Assembly (NCBI GenBank): GCA_004431415.1
Contig: QPMI01000062.1
Location: 434,001 to 498,000, forward strand
Direction: 5' to 3'
DNA length: 64,000 nucleotides
Origin: Cyanophora paradoxa CCMP329
Lineage: Eukaryota; Plantae; Glaucophyta
A program made the translations under genes and the position numbers. Below the pieces are notes generated by a model. The model ran no database searches and was not told the origin of the DNA. It worked only from the letters and a program-made list of their open reading frames with translations. Each line of letters opens with the position of its first letter. Positions within the stretch are counted from its first letter, which is position 1. Shown in pieces: positions 12,601 through 24,300 of this stretch.

Positions 12601-12773
12601 GGAAACATGTTCTGGAGAAGCTGAGGCTATCTAACTCGCTCTCTGAGGGTTTGGATTTCTCTGAACCCCGTGCACTTCAGGGTTTTGTCTGACGCTTGCA
12701 TGCAGATGCCCTAAAGACGTGCATTCAAAAACACCGCATGGTGCTTGAGGCGTTAGATTTGAGTAAAGCGTAG
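9674..12773 (+). CDS. SEC5: Exocyst complex component Sec5/EXOC2
   Basis: Acidic N-terminus, then DPLTG...SLLAEDFDPVQYFCTVHAATSFEDLQEGLDRL...QLKSLLKQHFHNYVACKEAVE (the Sec5 N-terminal signature), followed by helical rod exons. Stop TAG at 12771-12773. Confidence 0.85.
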
Positions 12774-12847
12774 GTTAGACAGCAGACATGAAAGCAGGCA
12801 GTTACACTTCTCAGTTATTTTCAATAGGTCCGTTGCACAGAATCGTA

Positions 12848-13867
12848 TCACTTGTGCCTGGGGGATCGGGATCTCCTCCGTTTCGGGCTCCTGGATCTTG
12901 AACGCGATCTCTTGTGCTTGCTGCTGTGGCCTCGGCCCTCGTTCTTGTTGTCTGCGTCTCTTCGCTCTCGGCTGCGACTGCGACGCCTGTGATTGTGCTT
13001 TTCCTTCTTGTCCCGACTTCTGCTCCTGCTCCTGTCCCTCGATCTTGACCTTCTATGCTTCTTCTGCTCGTCCCTTTTGCGGCCCCTGCTTCGAGAACGA
13101 GAACGATCTCGCTCTCTCCTTGGACTGTTGTCGCTTCTGATCCTCCGCGGCGGGATGTCGACTCGAGCTGACCCAGGTGCCAGGTCGCTTGATGTACGCT
13201 CGATTTCCGTGGCCTTCCTCGGCTGCGGGAGCTCGCTGCGACGCTGAGGTTCATGGCTCTCGTGCCGCTCTTTCGCTGCAAGCGTCGGGTTCGCATCTGA
13301 ATGAGCGCCGCGGCCCTCCCGCTTTGGCGGTGGCGGCTCGTTGGGCGGCAGCTGGGGAGGTGTCACTCCGGATTGCGCGGGGCGCAGCGGCGCCGGGGCC
13401 GCTGCGCTCCGTGAAGAAGACGGGGCGCGCTGGGGCGGCACGTTCGCAGTCGCAGGCGAGTTCTCCTCGTCCTCCTCGTCACCGTAGCCGGCGATGAGCC
13501 CGAGCCCGCTGACCGCACTCGTGCTCGCCTCGAGCTTCGGCTCGCCGAGCTCGCTGAGCACCTTCGCAGCTATGCTGAAGAAGAGCGACTGCGAATGCGG
13601 GTCAAAGCCAGCGCCGCGAAGCGCGCGACGCCTGCACGTACAGTAAGAGCTGGCGTCAAGACCTTCTGGAGCCCGCCCGCCCTCATGTACTTCGCGGTGT
13701 CGGCGACCACAGATTCCGCTCTCTCGTCTGACCAATCGGCCGCCGCCTGCGAGCACGGCGATGAGGGACGTTCGCTCGTGCGACGCGGCAAGCGCATGCA
13801 CCGTGCGTGTGCGCCGCGCGGTCGCCGAACTCGAGCTCCCGCTGGGCGCGGGGGCCGCGCTATCCAT
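12848..13867 (-). CDS. Arg/Ser-rich (RS-domain) nuclear protein, weakly PNISR-like; 3 exons
   Basis: C-terminal RSRSRS/RD-rich tract, central GLGLIAGYGDEEDEE motif, and two short GT-AG introns in the 5' part. Confidence 0.65.
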   Translation of the reverse strand: MDSAAPAPSGSSSSATARRTRTVHALAASHERTSLIAVLAGGGRLVRRESGICGRRHREVHEGGRAPEGLDASSYCTCRRRALRGAGFDPHSQSLFFSIAAKVLSELGEPKLEASTSAVSGLGLIAGYGDEEDEENSPATANVPPQRAPSSSRSAAAPAPLRPAQSGVTPPQLPPNEPPPPKREGRGAHSDANPTLAAKERHESHEPQRRSELPQPRKATEIERTSSDLAPGSARVDIPPRRIRSDNSPRRERDRSRSRSRGRKRDEQKKHRRSRSRDRSRSRSRDKKEKHNHRRRSRSRERRDADNKNEGRGHSSKHKRSRSRSRSPKRRRSRSPRHK

Positions 13868-13881
13868 CAGAGCGAGCGCTC

Positions 13882-13970
13882 GCAGCGGCTCGGCAGCAGC
13901 TCGGCAGTGGCTCGCCGAGTCGGCAGCGGCTGAGCAGCGGGCCAGCGGCTGAGCAGCGGCTCAGCAGCGA
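13882..13970. repeat. Degenerate ~11-bp tandem repeat (GCAGCGGCTCG/GA) upstream of the RS-protein start
   Basis: gcagcggctcg gcagcagctcg gcagtggctcg ... gcagcggctga ... gcagcggctca. Confidence 0.7.
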
Positions 13971-14131
13971 GCAGCCAGGCAGTAGCCTTCTGAGGGGGAT
14001 ACAGGCGAGTTCGACACGGTGAGCAGCTGCAACCACCACACATTCGAATTCATGAGTATAACCTACAGATATTGACATATTACATGGCGCTGCGAGCCAC
14101 CTAGGTGAAAAAACGCGCCCGCGCGGGGCGC

Positions 14132-17100
14132 CTACAGGACGGCCCGCTTGGGCTTCCTGCGGGGGGCGAGGAGGCGGAGGGAGTTGAGGCCGACGAGGAC
14201 GGTGCCGCCCTCGTGGAGGGTCACGGCGAGCCAGAGCGGCAGGCGCCCCGCCAGCGCCGGCATCGACGCCATGAAGCTGCGCGGCGCGTCAGAACGTGCC
14301 GGGCGGGGCGGGGCGGGCGGCGCGGGCGGGGCGGGCGGACATGGTGCAGAGGGCAAAGGCGATGTTCTGCATCATGATGCGGCGGCAGGCGCGGGCCTTG
14401 GCGATGAGCCAGTCGACGAGGAGGAGCTCCTCGTGGATGAGGATGCCGTCGCTCGCCGAGACGGCAGTCGCCGAGGCGAACTTGCCCACCGAGATGCCCA
14501 CGTCCGCCCGCGCCAGCGAGGGGCCTGCCCGCCCGCCCCGCCGTGAGGCCCCGCCGCCGGCTGCGAGGGCCCGCCGGCCGCCCCGCACCGTCGTTGATGC
14601 CGTCCCCGACCATCACGAGGCCGCCCTCGCGCTTCCCGTTCTCCGTCTCCTCCTGCGCGCGGCGCCCCTCAGCGGGGCCGCCGAGGCGCGGGGCGGGGCG
14701 GGGCGGACGGCGTGGATGCGCTCGATCCAGGCGAGCTTGTCCTCGGGCTTGAGGTCGGCGTGGTACTCGTCGATGCCGACCTCGGCCGCCACCTTGCGCG
14801 CGCTGCTCTTGTGGTCCCCCGTCAGGATCACCACCCGCCCTCCCGCCCCTGCCGCCCGCCCCGTCAGCCGCGCGCGCCGGGCGGGGCGGCGGGGCGGGGC
14901 GGCGGGGCGGGGCGGGGCGGACGCGGGGGGCGCCGGAGAGGGCGTGGGAGGCGAGGCGGCGGCGGATGGAGGAGACGGCCATGGCGGCCGTGGGCCGCAC
15001 GGCGTCCACGAAGTGGAAGAGGGTCACCTCCGTGCCCACGAGGAGCGCGCTCACGAGGCCGCCGGCGTCCCGCGCCTCGTCCGCCCGCCGCCGCAGCGCC
15101 TCCCGCCGCCCGTCCGGCAGGCTCCGCAGCGCGTAGTCCACCGTCCCGAAGTAGCAGGGGACCCAGCGCTCGCCGACGCGCGCCTCGGCCTCGAGGCCGT
15201 AGCCCGGGACGCTGCGGAAGGCGCGGAGCTCGACGGCGGGGCCGGGGGTGGCCGGCTGGGGCGAGTCCTCCGAGGAGGACGGGTCCCGCGCGTCCTCCTG
15301 CACGCCGTACTCCATCGCGTGGCGGGCGAGGACGGCGCGGGCGATGGGGTGGACGGCGGTGCGCTCGAGGGCGGCGGCGACGTCGAGGGCGCGGAGGGAG
15401 AACTCGCGGCGGCGGGGGTCGACGCTGGGGAGCTCGGCGCCGCGCGAGGGCCCGGCGTCCATCGAGCCGTCGTCGGGGAGGGGCTCGATGGAGGTGAGGC
15501 ACAGCTCGCCCGTCGTCAGCGTGCCGGTCTTGTCGAAGGCGACGGCCGAGCAGCGGGCGATCGAGTCGAGGGCGTAGCCGCCCTTGAGGAGGAGGCCCTC
15601 GCGGGCGCACGCGGAGATGGCGGAGATGTGCGGGACGGAGGCGGCGATGACGAGGGCGCAGGGCGAGGCCGCCACGAGGAAGCCGAGGGCGCGGTAGAGG
15701 GAGCCCGAGGAGCCCAGGAAGGGGATCTTGAGGAGGAAGGGCGCCGCCGCCGCGAACGCCATCGAGAAGCCGAGGATGGCCTTGGCGTACACGCCCCCGA
15801 ACTCGTCCATCAGGCGCTGCAGCCGCGGCCGCCGCGCGAAGGCGTCCGCCGTGAGCCGCGCCAGCCGCGCCGGCGCCGAGTCCGAGCTCGTCCGCACGGC
15901 CTGCGGGGCCCGGGGGGTCAGATCGCGGGGGCGGGGGCGGGAGGGGCGGGGCGGGGGGGGCGCCTTGAGGGTGAAGAAGCCGTCGACGACGCGGGCGCCG
16001 GCGGGGACCTCGTCGTTGAGGGTCTTCAGCACGGGCAGCGACTCGCCCGTCAGGTGCGCCAGGTCCACCGACGTCGTCCCGAACCTGCCGCCCCGTTCGG
16101 CTCGGCCCAGGCGCCGGCGGGGGCGGGGGCGGGGGCGCACGAGACGACGCCGTCGACGGGGACGCGCTCGCCGGCCTTGACGACGACGTAGTCGCCCACG
16201 CGGATCTGCTCCACGGGCTTCTCGACGGGCAGCGAGCAGTAGGGGCAGCCGCCGTGCGAGCAGTGGTCGACGACCCAGCCCGTGCGCGGCGCCAGCGCCT
16301 GCACCGAGCGCACGTCCATCCGCGCCTTCCGCGTCACCTCCTCCTCCGCCGCCGCCGACACCGAGAAGAGCACGAGCAGCAGCGCCCCCTCGACGGGGTT
16401 GCCCATGAAGAGGGAGAGGAAGGCGGCGACGGTCATGAGGACCTGCGGAGGCGCCGGCGTCAGAGGGCGGGCGGCCCCGCCGCGCCCGGCCCGGCCCCGG
16501 GGCCGCCCGGTCGCACCGAGACGTTGACGTTGGGGGGCAGCTGGAGGACGTCCCCGATGGTGTCCACGAGGGAGGGCAGGCCCGCCAGGAAGAAGACCCC
16601 GCCCAGCGCCACCGTCCGCACGAACTTGACCACTGCCCCCGCGTCGGCCGCCCCGCAGGGCCGAGGCTAGGGGCGGGACGGCGCACCCGTTGCGAGCGGG
16701 GAGGCCGGCGCTAGGAAGCGGAGGAGCGGGGGGCAGAGGAGGGCGACCCCGAACAGGACCGCTGACGCCAGGGAGGCCTGCGCGCGGGCCCGGTCAGGGC
16801 TGCCCGCCCCGGCCAGAGCCGCAGCGCCGCGGCGGCGCGGCGCAGCGGGCGCGCCTTCAGAGAGGTGCGCAATGCGTCGATCTGAGGAAGAACGGCGGTC
16901 GGCGCAAGCCTTCGCAGGGGAGGGGCACGGCGCGCACGAATCGCTCAATGGCCGGGAAGCGGGAGATCCACGCGGAGCCGCCGCCGTGCGAGTGCCCTGC
17001 GCGAAACGCGCGGTCAGCGGATTCGAATCGGACGCCGCGGCGGTTGGCGGCGCGCGAACCGCAAGCGCCGCCGTGGTCGGGGTCGCCGCAGCTGGCCGCG

Positions 17101-17904
17101 TCCTTGTCGTCGGCCGCGGCTGCGGGCGGTCAAAAGAGGCGCGAAAGAGAGGATAAGGAAGAGGGCACCGAGCTCGTTCTGAAGCTTCGAGGAGGAGGAG
17201 CGCGCGCCGGAGAGGGAGGAGTAGGCGACGGACGGGGCTGGCCGAGACGCGCGGGCCGCAGAAGAGCCGTTGCCGTTCTCGGACGGAGAGGAGGGCCCGG
17301 GGGAGGGACGGGCTACGGGGAATTCGTTGGACTTGGGGGGCAGAGCGGACGGGGAAGGAGGGGCAGTAGGCGGCGTAGGGGACGGCGGCCGCCGGGAAGA
17401 GGAGGGCGACCCTGGCCGCATGTGCGCCTGCGGCATCAACGAGTCCGACTCGCTGTGCTGCGACGCGCCCTGCTGGTCGGCTAGGGGGGTGCCGAAGAAG
17501 CCGCGGCGGGCCGCGCGCAGAGACGACATCGTCGAGGGTGGACAGCACTCCGGGTCGGCACAGTCGTTAGGGTCTACGTTATCGAAATCGCTGCGCGACA
17601 GCGGATTCCGGATACTATGAGCTCGCTGCACGCCGTCGGAGCCGCGGCTGAAGGTCGAGCGGCTGCCGAGCTCATCATAGTCGGCGCTGCAGAAGATGCC
17701 GATTCGGCCGGAGAAGCCGCGCTGAAGCCATCGGCTGTTCGAGCGCTTCAAAATACGAGAACGCATTGCTGAGATCGATCCCGCTCCAAGCCGAGCGACC
17801 AGGGGCGGTTGATTGAAGCAGGCGTGCACGCGCTCTCCGAGCGGCGTGCTCTCGTGGCGCCTCCGCAGGGCCTCTCCTGCGCCAAGTAGCGTAAAGGCCG
17901 CCAT
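14132..17904 (-). CDS. HMA1: P1B-4 heavy-metal ATPase HMA1, with putative plastid transit peptide
   Basis: VKAGERVPVDG, LTGESLPV, ASPCALV (SPC motif), FDKTGTLT, HPIA, MVGDGIND, and LHEGGTVLVGLNSLRLL (HEGGT, HMA1 type). N-terminus MAAFTLLGAG... at 17904. Confidence 0.92.
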
Positions 17905-18070
17905 CGCTGAACGAACGTCGACATCTGCGCGTGCATAGTTAGTCCAACTGCGGTGCTGCTTCAACGTCGGCCGAGGCCGAAGGGGGCGTTAGTAATGCCT
18001 AGATCGGTCAATTTGGATCGCAATAAACCATCGGCCAGGACGGTGGACCCAGCCGCGCGGCGCCGAAAGG

Positions 18071-20805
18071 ATGTCTGATTGCGCGGCGGAAACGCGGTCG
18101 GCGAACCTCGACGCTCCATTCTCGACGCACTCCTTCGACGGAGCACAGCCAAAGGAGCGCCGAGCTTGAGGCGCGTGTCCTCCACAGGGGGATAGATTGG
18201 GACCGGGTACACAAAGTCTAGGCAACGGTGTCGTGGACGCCGCCCGGCGGGATGACTTCGTCTTCATTCAGGCACAGCTACGAATTGCCGCCAGGGGCAG
18301 AGCGCGGCATCCTCAGCCCGTCAGAGCTGCTGCACAGGAGGGAGCTCGTCCGAGTCCACGAGCTCTGGCAGGTCTGTTGCTGCACAGCGCGCCGTAGCTA
18401 GCCGCGCCGCCGACGTGGCTCGCAGGGCACCAAGGATGAGCTGCGGGAGGTGAAATCGAGGTGCGAGATCCCCCGCTGCCTCCGTGGCGTCAGCGGCGTC
18501 TCCCGAACGTACTTCCTGCAGGCTCTCTGACATCGAGCGAAACCGGAAGGAGGCCCACGCCCTCCGGTGCGCGGAGCAGCCGGACCCGCAACGGCTCGAG
18601 GCCGAGACGCTTAGGCCCGCGCAGGGAGCGCCAGCATGCGGAGGAGATCCAGACGCTGCAGATGGCGCTGCTGGAGGCGAAGGACCGGGGGCGGTACCTC
18701 GAGATCCAGCTAAGCTCGAGCCGCTCGGAGCGGGAGCGGGCGGAGCGGGAGACGGCGAGCCTCGCGCTGCGGCTCCAGGCCCGCCGCCCCGCCGCCCCGC
18801 GCCCCCCGCGCCGCGCGCTCACGCCCCGCAGGAGGCGGAGCACGCGCTGAGCGAGAAGAACCTGCTCTGCGAGAAGCTGACGCAGCAAGTGCGGGCGCTC
18901 GGCACGCAGGCGAGCGGGGCGGGGCGGGGCCGGGGCCGGGCCGAGCCGGGCGGGGCGGGCCTGAGGGGCGGCAGGTGGACGAGGTGGAGCGGCTGCGGGA
19001 GGAGTTCGCGGCGCGCTCCGGGGAGGAGCTGCGGCGGCAGCTGGAGAGTCTCTCGCACAAGGAGCGGCGCCTGGCGGAGCTCGAGGAGCGCGCCGCGGGG
19101 CTCTACGCCGAGACCAGCGAGTGGCGCGAGCTCGCCGCCAAGCACGAGGCCCGCGCCGCCGCCCTCCAGCAGCGCGCCGACGGTGCGCGGCGCCGGGCGG
19201 GGCGGGGCGGGGCGGGCGGCCTGGGCGCGCTGAGGCGGGGCGGGCGGGGCAGGGCTGGAGGGCCAGAACCGGGAGCTGAAGGGGGCGATCGACGCGGCGC
19301 GGGGCGACATCGCGCGGCTCGACGAGATGCGCCGCACGGAGGCCGACCTCCGCGAGCAGGCCGAGAGCCTCAAGGTCCGAGGCGGGCGCCGCGGGCCGCC
19401 CCCGCCCGCCGGCTGAGCCGTGCGCGGCAGCGGGACTGCGGGCGGCTGATGCAGCTGCTGGGGTCCACGGCGGAGTACGGCTCGCTGGTGGAGGCGCTGG
19501 AGGACGCGGGGGGCACGGCGCACTTCGTCGCCCCGCAGCCCGGGGCCTCCCTCGCCGGCGTCCCCCACCGGCCCCTCGACGTCCGCCCCGGCCCTCCGCC
19601 CCGCCCCGCCCCACCGCGGGGAGCGACGCGGAGCAGGCGGAGGAGGGCCCGAGGGGGCGGGAGGAGGGCGGGCGCTGGGTGCCGGGCGAGGTGCGGGCGC
19701 TCCTGCTGGAGGCGCGCCGGCTGCACGCCCCGGGCCTCCCCGCGGCCCTCGTGGACGAGCTGCTGCTGCGCATCCACGCGGTGTACCGCGCGCGCGAGGC
19801 CCGCCGCGTGGCCCGCCTCCGCAAGCGCTACAACGAGCAGCTCGCCGACCTCCGCCGCCAGCTCTCCCAGAGGCCCGCCCGCCCGCCTGCTCGCTTCCCG
19901 GCCCGCCTCTGCCCCGCCCTGAGGCGGCGCAGGGTGCCCTACCGGGACGTGGTGAAGCTCGCGGAGTTCGAGCGCGTGCGGAACTCCCTGCAGGCCTCGG
20001 GCAAGGCCCGCGCCGGCGCGCCGCACCCCAACCCCGCCCGCATTCCCGCCGCCTCGGCGCCTCTGAGGGGGCGGGCAGCGCCGAGCACGGGGAAGCAGCG
20101 GGCGGCGGAGTCGGAGGAGCGGCTGCTGCAGACGACGATGCAGACCGTCGACGACCTCACCCGCCAGGTCCGAGGGCGCGGGGGCGGGCGGGGGCGGAGG
20201 CGGCGGCGGGGCCGAGGGCGGGGGCGGGGCCCGGCGCAGGTGTCGGAGTTCGCGGAGGAGAACCGGGCGCTGCGGGAGCGGCTGACGGCAGCGACGCACC
20301 GGCACGAGGACCAGCACTTCCTCGACGGCGCCGCCTGGTTCGGCTCCCGCGCCGTCGACTACATCGACCGCTCCCGCGACGCCGTCCGCCCGCCCCGCCC
20401 CGCCCCGCCCCGCCCTCCCCCCCGCGACCCGGAGGCGCGGGCAGGTGGAGGTGGTGACGCGGGAGTACCGGGAGAAGCTGCTGCAGGCCTCCCGCGACGA
20501 CCCCTCCGCCTTCCTCCGCATCGCCAAGATCCAGGCCCGCCCCCCCCGCCCCGCCCCCTGAGATTTCCCTTCCGGCCGGCCCTCACCGCCCCGCAGAGCG
20601 CGTTCCTCGAGGACCTCACCCGCCGCGTCACCCTCGGGCGGTGCCCCGCCGCCCCCTCACCCCCCCGCCCCCGCCCCGCCCGGGAGCCGACGGCGGGTCG
20701 CGGGGCAGGGAGCGGGTGCGGCACCTGTTCGAGCGGGTGCTGGGGGCGCTGGAGGAGGGCCAGCCTCTGCCCCGCGTCGGCCTCGACGGCGACTCCGACG
20801 CCTGA
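18071..20805 (+). CDS. Coiled-coil protein of unknown function; many exons, start uncertain
   Basis: Spliced E/R/L/Q-rich heptad peptides (ELLHRRELVRVHELWQGTKDELREVK...; RDCGRLMQLLGSTAEY; RWVPGEV...RVARLRKRYNEQLADLRRQLSQRVPY). Stop TGA at 20803-20805. Confidence 0.7.
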
Positions 20806-20874
20806 CGCCCCCACGAGCAGCGCTCTCTCTTAATACAAAACAAAGCAAAGCGAAGCGAGGCCGCCTACGCTGCG

Positions 20875-21347
20875 CTACTGCGGCTGCGGCTGCGGCCGCC
20901 ACGCCGCCGACCCGGGCGCGGACGGGGCGCCGGGGCGGTCGGGGCGGCGCCGGCGACGGGGCTGACCCGCGCCGCGGGCGCGGCGGGGGAGGGATCGCCG
21001 GACGAGGGCGCCAGCCGCCGACGCCGTGGGGGCCATATGCATGCCAGCGGGGGCCGCGGGCGGGGCGCGTGGCAAGCCGGCGGGGGCGCGACGGCGGGGC
21101 GAGGGGCGCCGGCCACGGGCGCCACCGCGCACGGCACCGGCGGCTTGGGGAGAGAGGGGCCTGCGGGAGGGGCGCCGCGGCCGCCGCAGGGCCCCGCGGG
21201 ACGAAGGCGCTGGGCGGGGCCGGCTGGGAGGAGAAGGGCGCGTTGGGGGCAGGCGGGGCGGGGCGGGCAGCGGGGCGGGGCAGTGGCCGGCGGCGCGGGG
21301 GCCGACGGCTGCGGCGGCTGCGAGGAGCTGGAAGAGCCAGCCGTCGG

Positions 21348-21383
<36 letters not shown>

Positions 21384-24300
21384 CTCCTTGGCGCGGCGCT
21401 GCGCGGGGCGTCAGCCGTGCGCGAGGCGGGGCGGAGCAGGGGGGAGGGACCTTGGGGGCGGCGGCCTTGGCGCGCTCGCGGAACCAGGCCTCCAGGCGGG
21501 CGTCGGGCAGGTCGGGCGGCACCTGCCCCCGCGCCCCTCAGCCGCGAGGCCGGCGGGCCGGCGGGGAGGGGCGCACGGCGGGGACGAAGCGGCGGAGGGC
21601 GGCGACGGCGCGCTGGGCGGCCGCGAGCGGCGCGCGGTCCTCCTTGCTGCGCGCCTCGGCGGCCGCCATCGCCTCCACCGCGCGCTGCAGCAGCGCCTCC
21701 GGGCCCGACGCCTCCTCCCCGGCCCCGCCCGCCTCCCCGCCCGCCCCGGGGGCCCCTGCGGGGCGGCGGCGAGGCGCTGGGCGGCGCGCTCGAGGGCGGC
21801 GATGAGGGGCGCCAGGCTGGCGTCGAGGGCGGCGGGGAGGGTGCGGCGGGTGCCCTCGCGGAGGACGGCGGCGAGGGTGGCGGTGTCGCCGGCCTCGAGG
21901 AGGAGGGAGCAGTAGAGGGGCAGGTAGCGGGCCCCGTGGCGGATGGACTGCACCCACGTGCTCCGGCTCGTCTGCCGCCACATCCGCCACGCGAAGAGCT
22001 GCCGCCCCGCGCCCCCGGCCCCCTCCTTCTTGCCCCCGGCCGCCTCCTTCTTGCCCCCGCCCGCCTCCCCGGGCCCGTGCGCCGCCCGCTTCCCGCCCTT
22101 CTCCTGCGCGCGGCGGCGGCTCGCGGGGCGGGCGGGCTCGCGAAAGAGGCGGCGGGCGCGCCTGGCGGAAGAGGGAGGAGAGCTCCCTCAGGGCCCCCGC
22201 CTTGTCCCCCGCGGCGTCCAGCGCCCACGCGATCTGCGCCCCGCCTCGTTGGGGGCTGCGGGGCCGGAAGGGAGGGGCCACGCACGCGGTAGGTGGCCTT
22301 GAAGGTCCACTCGCAGGTCTCGAGGCAGCGGCGGAGGGCGCGGAGGCAGTCCCCGACGAGCTCCTCCCGGCCCCGCGGCGGCGCCGGCGTGAACTCGTCC
22401 CCCGCCCCCGCCCCCTCCCCCTCCCCCCGCCCCTCGAAGCTGTACTCCTCCACCAGCTTCACCTGCCGGGGGTACGCCGGCGTCGGACGACGCGCAAGGC
22501 GAGGGGGATGTGCGGCGCACGATCTCGGGGCTGTCGCCGCGGGAGAGGAGGAGCTTCAGGCGGGAGGCGTGCAGCCGGTACGGGATCTCCGCCTGCGCCG
22601 CCTCAGAGGAGAAGGCGCGCGAGGGGGCGGGGCGCGGGCGCGGGGAGGGGCGGGCCTCGGCCTGCTCCATGGAGGGCCCGCGCTCGGCGGCGAGGCGGAC
22701 AGCGGAGGCGTAGTGGGCGAGCCACTCGGCCGGCGGGTGCCCGAGCTTCTCCCCCACCTTGCCCAGCATGAAGGGGTACAGCCAGTGCTTCCCGTCCAGC
22801 TCCGCCGCCCGCGCGAAGGAGGCCGCCGCCCGCGCGCACAGCTCCCGCCGCTCCGGCGCGCCCCGCCCCACCTCCCGGATCTGCGCACCCCGCCAGCCGT
22901 CAGCTGCCGGCGGGGCTGCCCCCCGAAGGGGGGTACGGCGTGCCTTGTGGTAGAGCATGCGGCCGATCCACTTGTGGGCGGAGGCCGTGTTCGGCTGCAG
23001 CTTCCGCGCCATGCTGAAGCCCCGGATCGCCCGCTGCAGGCCCCTCAGCGCCGGCAAGGGGCGGGAGGGGTGGGGGGTGGGGGGGTACGCACCTCCCGGA
23101 AGCGCGCGGCGTTGTTGGGGGGCGGCTCGCCCTCGAGGGGCTCCAGCAGCTGCCGGTAGCGCTTCCCCAGCAGGTACCACGCCTGCGCGGGGCGGGGCTC
23201 GGGCCCCGCGCTCTCGAGGGGGGGTGGAGGGGGCGCGGGGCACCTGCCAGCGGTCGGGGCGCATGGCGAGGTCCTCGACGAGCAGCTTCACGACGCCCCG
23301 CGCCGCCTCCGCGTACCCCTCCCGCTTCTTGTCCACCCTCGTGCACTTCGCCGTCAGGAAGAAGAGCCGCGAGTGGATGTCTGCGGGGGAGCTGAGCGGG
23401 CGCGGGGAGGGGCGGGGGCGGGGGGCGCGGGGCACCGGCGTAGGGGAGGGCGGCGAGGGTCGCGCGGTCGAGCGGGGCGAGCTGCGGGCCGCCCTCCTCC
23501 GCCGGCGCCTGCCCCGCGCACGGCGCGCCCGCTCAGCGGCGGAGCCGAGGCGGAGGTGGCAAGCGGAGGGCGCGGGGCGCACGGTCACGTCGAGGTACTT
23601 CAGCACCGCCACCCGCGCCGTCTCCCGCACTGCCGTCCCGCTCGGGGCCGGGGAGCAGGGGAGGGGGCCGGCGGGGGCGCGCACGGGGCGGTGGCACGGC
23701 GCGAAAGGCGGGGGCGCGGGCGACGGTCTTGAGGGCGGCGAGGATCTCCTTCGGGGGCCGCTTGGTGCGCCAGTAGACGTTCTCCGCCCACGGCCGCACC
23801 AGGTCGAAGAGCAGCGCCGCCGCCCGGTCCGCCTCGGGCCCCTCCCAGAAGCCGTCCTCCCCCAGCGACGGCCGCGCCGCGCCCCCGTGCATGTGGTCCT
23901 TCAGCCGGTTCTGCCGGGGGGCTCGGGAAGGGCGCAGCGGGGGTCGGCGGGGCAGGGCCGGTGCGCACGGCGACGGCGGTCGAGAGCTCGACCTTCTCGT
24001 TGTAGAGGCAGTAGAAGCACTGCGCCAGCTGCGGGCGCGGCTCAGCGCGGGGCGGGCGGGAGGCGCGAGCGCGGGGCCGGGGCGCGCCTCGGCCTCGCGC
24101 TCGAGCTGCGCCTCGCCGGTCTCCCCGGGGGCGGCTCGGGGGCCTCCTCGCCGCCCTCCTCCTCCCCGCCGGCCGGGCGGCGCGGGGGCCGGCCCCGCGG
24201 CCGCTTCGGGGAGCGCTCGGGGGCCTCCTCGGGGGCCTCGGGCCCCGCGGGGCCCTCCTCGTCGCTGCCCGAGTCGGCAGGGCCCTCGGGGGCCCGGTCC

